Part shown: one piece after another, positions 1 through 7,829 of the stretch
Numbering within the stretch: position 1 is the stretch's first letter
Layout of the letters: every line of letters begins with the position of its first letter
DNA from: Bacillales bacterium UBA6449
Lineage (GTDB): Bacteria; Bacillota_I; Bacilli_A; RFN20; CAG-288
Reading direction: 5' to 3'
Assembly (NCBI GenBank): GCA_002437105.1
Contig: DJOB01000002.1
Span: 8,049-72,048, forward strand
Length of the DNA stretch: 64,000 bases
The notes under the pieces: model-generated
Databases searched by the model: none
What the model was told of the DNA's origin: nothing
What the model saw: only the letters and a program-made list of their open reading frames with translations
Made by a program: the position numbers and the translations under genes

Positions 1-1262
1 GAGTAGCCGAGGAATTCCGCTCCCTCTACGAATCCGTTGATACCGACGGTCAGGTACTGCTTGTCCAGCGAGATGTATCCGGCGTTGTAGATCTGGAGCA
101 GACCGGCGTTGTAGTAGTCCCAGATGATGCTGTTGAAGGCGATCAGGTACTTGTGAACCCGCTCGGTGATCTCGGTAATCCGCTCCTTCAGGGTGACGGG
201 TGAACCCTCGCGCTTCCAATCCTGGACGATCCGGTTCAGGTTCATCGTTATGACTCCCTTCGATCCCGTCTCGATTCCTCCAGCTCCCAGGGTGAAGGAG
301 AAGGGCTCGGTATCGATGGCATTTCTCAGCCGGCAGCAGGAGGCTAGGGCGTCTACGCTGTCCGATTGATAGATGAAGAAGGAGTGTCCTTCGGCGAGCA
401 TCTCAGCGGCGAATTGGGCGGTCTCCTGATCCTTGAAGTCTCCCTGACCATCGGAGAGCAGGTTCATCGTCTCGACGGGGAAGGTCAGCACCTCCTTGGT
501 CCGCTCGCGATTGAACCACTTCATGAACATCTTCTGCAGCACGGCGACGCTCTCGTAGTTCGGACGGTCGCCGTCGGGGAAGTAGAAGCCCTTGAAGATG
601 TTGGCAAAGTAGTACTTATCGAAGTAGGCGATATTCCAGAAGACCGACTGGTTGCCACGGGCGGCCGCTGGCTGATTTATCGTATAGACGACCTGTTGGA
701 AGAGGTTTTCGATCTTCGAGCGCAGGGTCAGATCACCGCTGACCCGCTGCTCGATGACGCGGTCCAGATGGTGGGTGTAGTCGCTACCGTAGTCGATCCG
801 CAGGAAGTGATCCAGATAGGTGAGGAATTCCGGGGTGGAGGTGGCGCCTGCAAACTGGGCGGCCACGCAGAAGATGAGGTTGATGAAAGATCCGCAGAAG
901 GAATCCGCGTGTTTGGGAGCGGCGGAGGTTCCCTGCAAGCTCTTCAGTCCATTGAGCAGGAAGGGGTAGAGGGAGATCGAGCAGCAGTAGGGGAATATCG
1001 AGGTCTCGTCGTGTTTGTAGATGATGTGGTGCTTCAGATCTTTAAAGTACTGCTCCGCCAAGTCAGCTCCGTACATTCCGGTCAGCTTTCTCTTCATCAG
1101 CTCGCGGTTGAGGTCGATGAAGTCCTTCTTCGGCAGCTCGGTTGCTAGCGTAGCTATGTTCTTGGTGGTGACATTAGCATTGGGGTCGTACTTGCTGCCT
1201 GAAGCGGCATTGGATGCTCCTTCATAATCGTTGATAAAGGCTATTTTCTCTTCGATATTCAT
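1..1262 (-). CDS. nrdD: Anaerobic ribonucleoside-triphosphate reductase (class III RNR), N-terminal ~420 codons; the gene runs off the left edge
   Basis: Absent from the ORF track because it is open at the window edge. My translation from ATG 1262..1260 gives MNIEEKIAFINDYEG...FPYCCSISLYPFLLNGL...NQSVFWNIAYFDKYYF...ASCCRLRN...TMNLNRI, which are typical NrdD blocks. The + strand ORF 366..1148 is its antisense shadow. Confidence 0.9.
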   Translation of the reverse strand, partial: MNIEEKIAFINDYEGASNAASGSKYDPNANVTTKNIATLATELPKKDFIDLNRELMKRKLTGMYGADLAEQYFKDLKHHIIYKHDETSIFPYCCSISLYPFLLNGLKSLQGTSAAPKHADSFCGSFINLIFCVAAQFAGATSTPEFLTYLDHFLRIDYGSDYTHHLDRVIEQRVSGDLTLRSKIENLFQQVVYTINQPAAARGNQSVFWNIAYFDKYYFANIFKGFYFPDGDRPNYESVAVLQKMFMKWFNRERTKEVLTFPVETMNLLSDGQGDFKDQETAQFAAEMLAEGHSFFIYQSDSVDALASCCRLRNAIDTEPFSFTLGAGGIETGSKGVITMNLNRIVQDWKREGSPVTLKERITEITERVHKYLIAFNSIIWDYYNAGLLQIYNAGYISLDKQYLTVGINGFVEGAEFLGY

Positions 1263-1488
1263 ATCGATGTCCCCCTGTTGCTCGTTCGTCTCTTCTTTAT
1301 GTTGACTATTTAGAAAATATATATTCAAAGGTGATAAAAATAAATAAATTAATTACTACCGACTTACTAATCATCGGCTTACACTTCGGATACATACAGG
1401 CTTTAAAGCGAGAGTGGTCATGCCATAAATATCTAGTAGATAAGGGAACTACACGGGATTGGTAGCTCTATTCAAAATTTAAGTTGTT

Positions 1489-1515
1489 AAAAAAGAGTGC
1501 GACTATTGGTCGCAC
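1489..1515 (-). terminator. Rho-independent terminator after the lipoprotein gene
   Basis: Minus strand reads GTGCGAC-CAATA-GTCGCAC followed by TCTTTTTTAA, 17 nt after the stop at 1532. Confidence 0.75.
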
Positions 1516-1531
1516 CCTTAACTTATATTTT

Positions 1532-2599
1532 TTAATCGAGCGCCGGAGCAGTCTCGCCGTTCTTAGCATTGAGGAAGATGGCTTTCTGGTAGGGGTCGTT
1601 CAGCTCGTCCAGCATCTCCTCCTCGGTCTTGTCGGCATCCTCGAAGTAGGTGAAGTTCACCGTCAGGGAATTCGTGACGGAGAACAGGTCTCCCTCCATG
1701 CCGGACAGGCCACCGGTGTAGGTCTCTTCGACCTTCATGCTGGTGGGGCGGAAGCTGTCGTTGGGGATCTCCAGCGTGGCGACCATGCTCTTGATGGTGA
1801 TGTTCAGTCCGCCTACGGTGGAGGTCATGTTCTTCATCTGGTTGACGTAGTACTTGGCGGCATCGGTTCCGCTCTTGGGGTCGACATTGAGGGTCACTTT
1901 GAAGGTGCTGCTGCTCTCCGTCTCGCTCAGGAGCTCGGTGCTCTTGACGGCCGAAGCATCGGGCAGATAGTAGGAGGAGAAGCTCCAGGTGGGGCGTCCT
2001 ACCTTCTCGAGGAACATGGGAAAATTAGCGACGCTCTCCCAGTTGTTGGAGCCGAAACCACCATTCTTGACTTCGACTAGACCAGTATTCTCGTCGCGCT
2101 GGAACATCGTGCCCGCCGTTCCGCTGGGGGTGGAGATGGTGCGGTAGGTCGTGTCCGGGGAAGCATAGGAGATCACCGCGGTGTTGAGGTCGACAGCCAG
2201 ACCTACATTACCGTTGGACTTGGTGGTGACTGCGTGATTGACGCTATCATTGTTAATTTTTATATTGAATGAAGAAACATCCTGAACCATCTTCTGACCG
2301 AGGACGCTTATACTGACCGATCCCGAGGTCTTCGATTCCCAGTTGGAATTGGTCATGGCGTGATCTACCAGGATGATGGTGTTATTGTCTCCATCCTTCA
2401 GGTCGAGAGGCGTGATGTTCTCATAGTCTCTCGGCGCCTGTTCCGGCTGATAGAAGCCGTCCAAGGTCTCGTAGCTGATGGGAGTGGAAGACGGAGTAGA
2501 GGAGGTGGGAGCGCTCGAAGACGTGTCCTGACTCTTTTCGCACGCCACCAGCGGCGCTAGCGTGATGGCCAGGAGCGCGATCAGTATGTTCTTTCTCAT
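1532..2599 (-). CDS. Lipoprotein with Ser/Thr-rich stalk, function unknown
   Basis: MRKNILIALLAITLAPLVAC (lipobox LVAC) followed by EKSQDTSSSAPTSSTPSSTP. I take the second Met of the track ORF (1532..2620) as the start because it begins the signal peptide. Confidence 0.8.
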   Translation of the reverse strand: MRKNILIALLAITLAPLVACEKSQDTSSSAPTSSTPSSTPISYETLDGFYQPEQAPRDYENITPLDLKDGDNNTIILVDHAMTNSNWESKTSGSVSISVLGQKMVQDVSSFNIKINNDSVNHAVTTKSNGNVGLAVDLNTAVISYASPDTTYRTISTPSGTAGTMFQRDENTGLVEVKNGGFGSNNWESVANFPMFLEKVGRPTWSFSSYYLPDASAVKSTELLSETESSSTFKVTLNVDPKSGTDAAKYYVNQMKNMTSTVGGLNITIKSMVATLEIPNDSFRPTSMKVEETYTGGLSGMEGDLFSVTNSLTVNFTYFEDADKTEEEMLDELNDPYQKAIFLNAKNGETAPALD

Positions 2600-2749
2600 A
2601 TTTAGATACCTTCCATGCATTCTTTACGACACCAATATAGATGTAAATGTAGTTTTAATAAAGAAACTAAACATCTTTTTAAAATTTCGGGTCTAATAAT
2701 TAGTATTAAACCTTATATATAATAAACAATCGAATAAAATGGAGGCTGG

Positions 2750-5176
2750 ATGATGATAGAGTTAAAAAACCTCGTTAAACGATACAGAGTAGGGCGCAAC
2801 AAGCCGGATGTTGTGGCCCTCAAGGGCATCTCCCTGAAGCTGCCTGATGTCGGATTGATCTTCGTCCTCGGAAAATCCGGATCCGGAAAGTCTACCTTCC
2901 TGAATGTCGTGGGTGGACTGGACAGCTTCGAGGGGGGAGACCTGGAACTCTTCGGTAAGTCCGCTAAGGATTTCACCCCTGCTGACTATGATTCCTACCG
3001 AAATAAGTATGTGGGATTCATCTTCCAGGAGTACAACATCATCAACAGCTTTACGGTGCGGAGAAATGTCGAGCTCGCGATCGAACTTCAGAATCGCGAT
3101 CCCAAGAAGTCTGAGGTCGATGAGATCCTGTCCAGGGTCGGATTGCTCGAGTTGGCCGATCGCCTGCCCAGCCAGCTCTCGGGTGGACAGAAACAGCGTA
3201 TCGCAATCGCGCGTGCTCTTGTTAAACACCCGCAGTTGGTTCTGGCTGATGAGCCGACCGGTGCTTTGGATTCATTCAATACCCAGGAGATATTCAATCT
3301 GCTCAAGGAGATTTCCAGCGATAGGCTGGTGGTCTGCGTCACTCACGATGCTGCCTGCGCCGAGAAGTATGCGGACAGGATCATCAGGATCAAGGATGGT
3401 CATGTGGTCGGAGATCTGACGCGCCGTTTCACCGATGGGGTGAAGCTCGAAGGCAGCGATAATGCCTACCAGCTGAAGAACGGCCTGATCAAGGTCGATG
3501 ATGTGTCGAAGTTCAGCGAGAATGACTATCAGGCTATCAGGAAGGAGACTTCCGGCTCTACTGGTCCAGCCTACTATGCCTATGGTGACCATGTGCGGAT
3601 TCCCTCCGAGCTGGCTGAGGGCGACGATAGCGAGGATATCCCCGTCGGCTTCAGTCCGACCACGGATGAGGATATTGCTATCCGGTGTACTAAGAATAAG
3701 CAGTTCAAGTCGATCAAGTCTCACATGAGATCCAAGACGGTAGCCACCTTTGCCTTCGGTACACTCAAATCGTCACCGGCCCGGTTGGCGATGACGATCA
3801 TCCTCTCGATCCTGTCTTTCTCGATGCTGGGCGCTTCAGTCACTCTCTCGTCCTACGATCAGGCTGATACCTTTGCGGCTTCCTCCTCTATATATCACCC
3901 GTCTGCCTCCGTTCTGACGAAGAGTCTCTCGGGTGATGCGGATATCCCGGTTCAGGACGGTCGGCTGCATGAGAGCGATCTGGCTAGGATAAAGGACGGA
4001 TATTCATCCGAGGCGATCCCGGTCTACCGCTCGCCGCGAGCCTCGCTCATACGCAATCTTCCCGAGGGTGATACGTATAAGAACGATTGGTTTATCCCCT
4101 CCTTCAACAGCGTCGCACCTCTCGAGTCGCTCGATCAGGTTTCAGCCTTCGGGTTCCAGCTTGAGGGAGCCCTCCCCAAACTCGGTGAAGTCGTGCTGCC
4201 TGAATATGCGGTCTGGTATTTCAACAGAGCGGGAATCCAGATTGGCGATCGCGTGATAGAGGCGGGTAGCGTCGATGCCTCTACCTTGATCGGCAGTACC
4301 ATCAAGGTCAATTCTATCGCGGGTCAGAAGGCTGATGAGTTCACGGTCAGCGGAATCCTCGAGACGGATCTCACCGAGTCTCAGGTCGAGCAGGATCTGG
4401 TGAAGGCCCAGACTAGCACAGTTGATAGGTATCTGCTCGAGAGGGAAAATTGGGAAAATGGCCCCTCTAAGATAATGTTCTTCTCTCCTGAACAGATTGC
4501 TTCTTCCGATTTCCAGACTGGAATGAGAGTTGAAGCGGATGACATCAATCGGGTGCTCGTTCCTACCATCGATCAGCGCGAGCTCAAAAATCTCTGGCAC
4601 TATACCCACAACAATCTCTTCACGGCGGTTGACGCCGATCTTTCGGTCGGTTCCTCTCAACTTCCGGGCGGTGCTGATGGATATCGCTATGTGAGTTACA
4701 CTATCGAGTCCAGCGTCGCTTCGCTCTGGCTGGATTCCGATACTTTCTCGAGCTCTATAACCGGGGTTAAGAAGGTGGCTCTCGGTATCGCGATCACCCT
4801 CGCGGTAATCGCGATCCTCGTCACTACTAACTTCCTGTTCACTTCGGTCACCTTCAAGATCCGGGAGATAGGTATCCTCAAGGGACTCGGCAGCTCATCG
4901 CACGAAATATTCGGTATCTTCACCATCGAAGCGGTCATCATCGCGGCGGTCAACTTCATCGCTTCGTGCCTGATCTCCTTCGGTGTGATATACATCTTCA
5001 ACCGAGTGTTCCAGACGCTCTTCTCTATCCCCTTGCAGATCATCTCCTTCGGTTGGCTTCCTGCCCTGGTGCTCTTCCTCGTCTCCTTCGGGGTGTCGAT
5101 CCTGTCCGTCCTCATTCCCTCCTACTCTGCTTCCAGCATGAAGCCGGTCGATGCGATGAAGCGTGGACTCAATTAG
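2750..5176 (+). CDS. Fused ABC transporter, ATP-binding domain plus FtsX/MacB-type permease with a large extracytoplasmic domain
   Basis: Walker [10 protein letters not shown], signature LSGGQKQR, Walker B LVLADEPT. These are followed by one TM, a ~300 aa loop and three C-terminal TMs. GGAGG lies 4 nt (ATG 2750) or 7 nt (ATG 2753) upstream. Confidence 0.85.
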   Translation: MMIELKNLVKRYRVGRNKPDVVALKGISLKLPDVGLIFVLGKSGSGKSTFLNVVGGLDSFEGGDLELFGKSAKDFTPADYDSYRNKYVGFIFQEYNIINSFTVRRNVELAIELQNRDPKKSEVDEILSRVGLLELADRLPSQLSGGQKQRIAIARALVKHPQLVLADEPTGALDSFNTQEIFNLLKEISSDRLVVCVTHDAACAEKYADRIIRIKDGHVVGDLTRRFTDGVKLEGSDNAYQLKNGLIKVDDVSKFSENDYQAIRKETSGSTGPAYYAYGDHVRIPSELAEGDDSEDIPVGFSPTTDEDIAIRCTKNKQFKSIKSHMRSKTVATFAFGTLKSSPARLAMTIILSILSFSMLGASVTLSSYDQADTFAASSSIYHPSASVLTKSLSGDADIPVQDGRLHESDLARIKDGYSSEAIPVYRSPRASLIRNLPEGDTYKNDWFIPSFNSVAPLESLDQVSAFGFQLEGALPKLGEVVLPEYAVWYFNRAGIQIGDRVIEAGSVDASTLIGSTIKVNSIAGQKADEFTVSGILETDLTESQVEQDLVKAQTSTVDRYLLERENWENGPSKIMFFSPEQIASSDFQTGMRVEADDINRVLVPTIDQRELKNLWHYTHNNLFTAVDADLSVGSSQLPGGADGYRYVSYTIESSVASLWLDSDTFSSSITGVKKVALGIAITLAVIAILVTTNFLFTSVTFKIREIGILKGLGSSSHEIFGIFTIEAVIIAAVNFIASCLISFGVIYIFNRVFQTLFSIPLQIISFGWLPALVLFLVSFGVSILSVLIPSYSASSMKPVDAMKRGLN

Positions 5177-5224
5177 CCGATAGTTCCTACTCTATTTGGA
5201 TATTACAGCGTGGAGGTGCCAAAG

Positions 5225-5947
5225 ATGGCAGAGATATATAAGCGCGTGCTTCTCAAGGTCTCCGGTGAGGCTCTGAGGGGAGCTGATGAATACGAGATCT
5301 TCTCTCCGGAGCTGCTGGATGAGCTGGCTGAGGCGGTAAAGGCGCTGCGGTCAGCAGGTACCCAGGTCGGTATCGTCGTGGGGGCCGGCAACATCTGGCG
5401 CGGCAATCGCGCGGCGTTCCTCGGGATGGATGGCGCTGACGCCGATGACATGGGGATGCTGGGAACGATCATCAACAGCTTGGCGATCCGGGCGGTGCTC
5501 AACAAGCACGGGGTTAAGGCGCATGCCTTCTCCTCGGTCCCCTGCCCTAAGTTTATCGATTACTACACCAAGCGGGATGCTATTCGCTCCCTGGAGGAGG
5601 GATTCGTCAACATCTATGGCGGCGGAACCTCCAATCCGTTCTTCACCACGGATTCCGCGGCGGCACTGCGGGCGCTGGAGACGGGTTGCGATGCGATCCT
5701 GATGGCCAAGTCGGGCGTGGATGGCGTCTTCACCGCCGATCCCAAGAAGGATCCTGCGGCGACGCTGATCAAGAAGGCGACCTACCGCGACCTGCTGGCG
5801 CGTAACATCAGGGTGATGGATGCGACGGCCGAAGGTCTACTGATGGATTCCAATATCACTACGCGGGTCTTCAGGATGATCCCCAAGAATTTTGTCGAGG
5901 TGGCCAACGGCTCCGATATCGGTACTTCTATAAAGAAGGGTTGGTAA
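5225..5947 (+). CDS. pyrH: UMP kinase
   Basis: KRVLLKVSGEAL, VVGAGNIWRG and FTTDSAAALRA motifs. GGAGGTG at 5212-5218 sits 6 nt before ATG 5225, so the track start (GTG 5210) overlaps the RBS. Confidence 0.95.
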   Translation: MAEIYKRVLLKVSGEALRGADEYEIFSPELLDELAEAVKALRSAGTQVGIVVGAGNIWRGNRAAFLGMDGADADDMGMLGTIINSLAIRAVLNKHGVKAHAFSSVPCPKFIDYYTKRDAIRSLEEGFVNIYGGGTSNPFFTTDSAAALRALETGCDAILMAKSGVDGVFTADPKKDPAATLIKKATYRDLLARNIRVMDATAEGLLMDSNITTRVFRMIPKNFVEVANGSDIGTSIKKGW

Positions 5948-5985
5948 GGTTATATAATCACAGCGAAGAGAAAAGCGAGGCAAAT

Positions 5986-6537
5986 ATGGAAGAGAAGGAT
6001 ATCATCGACGAAGTTAATAAGAAGATGGATGAGAGTGTCCAGAAGCTCAAGGAGGCGCTGGCGACCGTCAGAGCGGGAGCGGTCAATCCTAACGTGCTGG
6101 ATAAGATCAAGATCGAGTACTATGGAGAGATGACCCCCATCAAAGCGGTGGCTTCGGTCAATGCGGTGAGCGGAACGCAGCTGGTCGTCAAGGCCTTCGA
6201 TCCCACCGCGATCAAGGCGATCATCGCCGCGATCGGAACTTCTGATCTGGGCGTGAATCCCGTTCTGGACAAGAACGTGATCCGTATAAATTTCCCTCCT
6301 CTCTCCGGCGATCGCCGCAAGGAGTTCGTCAAGCAGGCGAAGGGATACTGCGAGGATGGCAAGGTCGCCATCAGGAATATCCGCAAGGATCTGATCAATA
6401 AGACCAAGAAGTCCGACGAGTTCAGCGAGGATATGGAGAAGAGGATCGAGACCTCCATCCAGAAGGCTCACGATGAACACATCAAGGCGATCGACAGCCT
6501 CTTCAAGACCAAGGAGAAAGAGCTGCTTTCTATCTAG
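5986..6537 (+). CDS. frr: Ribosome recycling factor
   Basis: MEEKDIIDEVNKKMDESVQKLKEALATVRAGAVNPNVLDKIKIEYYG...IRINFPPLSGDRRKE is a typical Frr sequence. The internal Met at 5986 is chosen over the track start at 5941. Confidence 0.95.
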   Translation: MEEKDIIDEVNKKMDESVQKLKEALATVRAGAVNPNVLDKIKIEYYGEMTPIKAVASVNAVSGTQLVVKAFDPTAIKAIIAAIGTSDLGVNPVLDKNVIRINFPPLSGDRRKEFVKQAKGYCEDGKVAIRNIRKDLINKTKKSDEFSEDMEKRIETSIQKAHDEHIKAIDSLFKTKEKELLSI

Positions 6538-6555
6538 TCGCCACGGTTGTAACCG

Positions 6556-6587
6556 GGGGATGCACATGGGCATCTCCTTTCTTTTTT
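6556..6587 (+). terminator. Hairpin plus T-run between frr and cdsA (terminator or attenuator)
   Basis: GGGGATGC-ACATGG-GCATCTCC followed by TTTCTTTTTT. Confidence 0.6.
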
Positions 6588-6600
6588 AGGAGGATGATGA

Positions 6601-7608
6601 ATGGCCAATAAACTCTCTCGATCCACGGAGCACTCGATGCTGGTGCGGGTGCTCACGAGCCTCGCCTTCGCGCTGCTGACGGTTCCCTGTGCCATTCTCG
6701 GCGGATGGTTCATGGTCGGGCTGTCCCTGGTGCTGGTGGGCTTTGGCTCCTACGAGCTCCTGACGATGCCGCGGCGGAAGTTCCCGGTGGCAGTCTGGAT
6801 CGCCACTTTTGTCTTCGTGTACGCCATCGTCTATAGCCAGTTCTTCTTGGATGCTGATCTGATTAGACAGTTCTTCAGCTCCAACTTGATATATTTAAAT
6901 GGGTTGCACTATTCTGTTCCCCTCTTGCTCCTCTTCGCCTACCTGATCGTGCTGTTCTTAGTCGAGTTCTTCTGCCGTGATTTCTCCCTGTCCGATCTCC
7001 TGTACCTGTTCGTTGCGGTATTTCTCGTCTCATTCGGATTTCAGTCGATCATCTATCTTCGTTTCGTCCCCGATGGCATGGCTCAGATCGCTGGAGGGGC
7101 CCAGACCATCTGGGGTGGCTTCGCCTACAATCTGACCTCGTGCCTGTTCATGTGGTGGGTGCTCTTCGGGGTGTGGCTCAGCGATATCGGTGCGTATTTC
7201 GTCGGGGTCTTCTTCGGTAAGCACCCGATGAATGTGAGGATCTCTCCGCACAAGACCTGGGAGGGATTCGCTGGCGGTGTCCTGTTCTCCTTCGCCTTCG
7301 CCTTCATCTATGTCGCCATCGTGAATTCCTGGCTGCGCGTGCCTCTTATCCCGGGGGTCATCGATGTCTATAAGGATCCCAGCGACTGGGGCTGGGTGGC
7401 TCTGTTCGCTCTGATGTTCGTCTCGCTGGACAATATCGGAGGCTTCCTCTTCTCCGCGCTGAAGCGGAAGTACGACGCCAAGGATTGGGGGTTCATCCTC
7501 CCGGGTCACGGCGGTATCATCGACCGGTTCGATGGTGTCATGGTCACTTCGATCGCAGCCTCGATCGTGGTCACGCTGCTCGGCAATCCGACTAGCTTTT
7601 TGGCTTGA
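6601..7608 (+). CDS. cdsA: Phosphatidate cytidylyltransferase (CDP-diglyceride synthase)
   Basis: SDIGAYFVGVFFGKHPM...ISPHKTWEGFAGG...GHGGIIDRFDG are CdsA signature blocks. The protein is multi-TM. AGGAGG lies 7 nt upstream. Confidence 0.9.
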   Translation: MANKLSRSTEHSMLVRVLTSLAFALLTVPCAILGGWFMVGLSLVLVGFGSYELLTMPRRKFPVAVWIATFVFVYAIVYSQFFLDADLIRQFFSSNLIYLNGLHYSVPLLLLFAYLIVLFLVEFFCRDFSLSDLLYLFVAVFLVSFGFQSIIYLRFVPDGMAQIAGGAQTIWGGFAYNLTSCLFMWWVLFGVWLSDIGAYFVGVFFGKHPMNVRISPHKTWEGFAGGVLFSFAFAFIYVAIVNSWLRVPLIPGVIDVYKDPSDWGWVALFALMFVSLDNIGGFLFSALKRKYDAKDWGFILPGHGGIIDRFDGVMVTSIAASIVVTLLGNPTSFLA

Positions 7609-7665
7609 TCCGCTCTTTTCCGTTAGATTTCGCTTCTATTGAGTCTTTGGCTGTTATTACGATTG

Positions 7666-7699
7666 GAACCGCAGGGATGAAACCTGCGGTTCATTTTTT
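7666..7699 (+). terminator. Rho-independent terminator after cdsA
   Basis: GAACCGCAGG-GATGAAA-CCTGCGGTTC (10 bp stem) followed by ATTTTTTC. Confidence 0.85.
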
Positions 7700-7757
7700 C
7701 TTATCGGTCGGTCCGTTCCTAGACCGTGAGATCGGTCCTGCAGACTCGAGTCTATCT

Positions 7758-7765
7758 TGTATAAT
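7758..7765 (+). promoter_or_regulatory. Extended -10 element (TGTATAAT) upstream of the Dxr-like gene
   Basis: TGnTATAAT match ~65 nt upstream of the start. No good -35 hexamer seen. Confidence 0.45.
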
Positions 7766-7829
7766 CTATATGTTTTGGTACATCCTTAATTTTTAATAGT
7801 ATCGATAGATTAAGGTGCAAAAATAAGGA

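Noticed and set aside
366-1148. 260-aa + strand ORF at the left end, with its neighbours 166..369 and 1021..1227
   Set aside because: It is antisense to a clearly recognisable nrdD reading frame. Its composition (Gly/Val/Glu/Leu-rich with no motifs) is typical of shadow ORFs in GC-rich coding DNA.
1263-1488. NrdR boxes upstream of nrdD (AT-rich palindromic segments such as AAAATATATATTC and ATCTAGTAGAT)
   Set aside because: Neither segment fits the 16-bp acaCwAtATaTwGtgt consensus at its flanks, and their spacing (~115 nt) is not the usual tandem arrangement. The evidence is too weak to call without a PWM scan.
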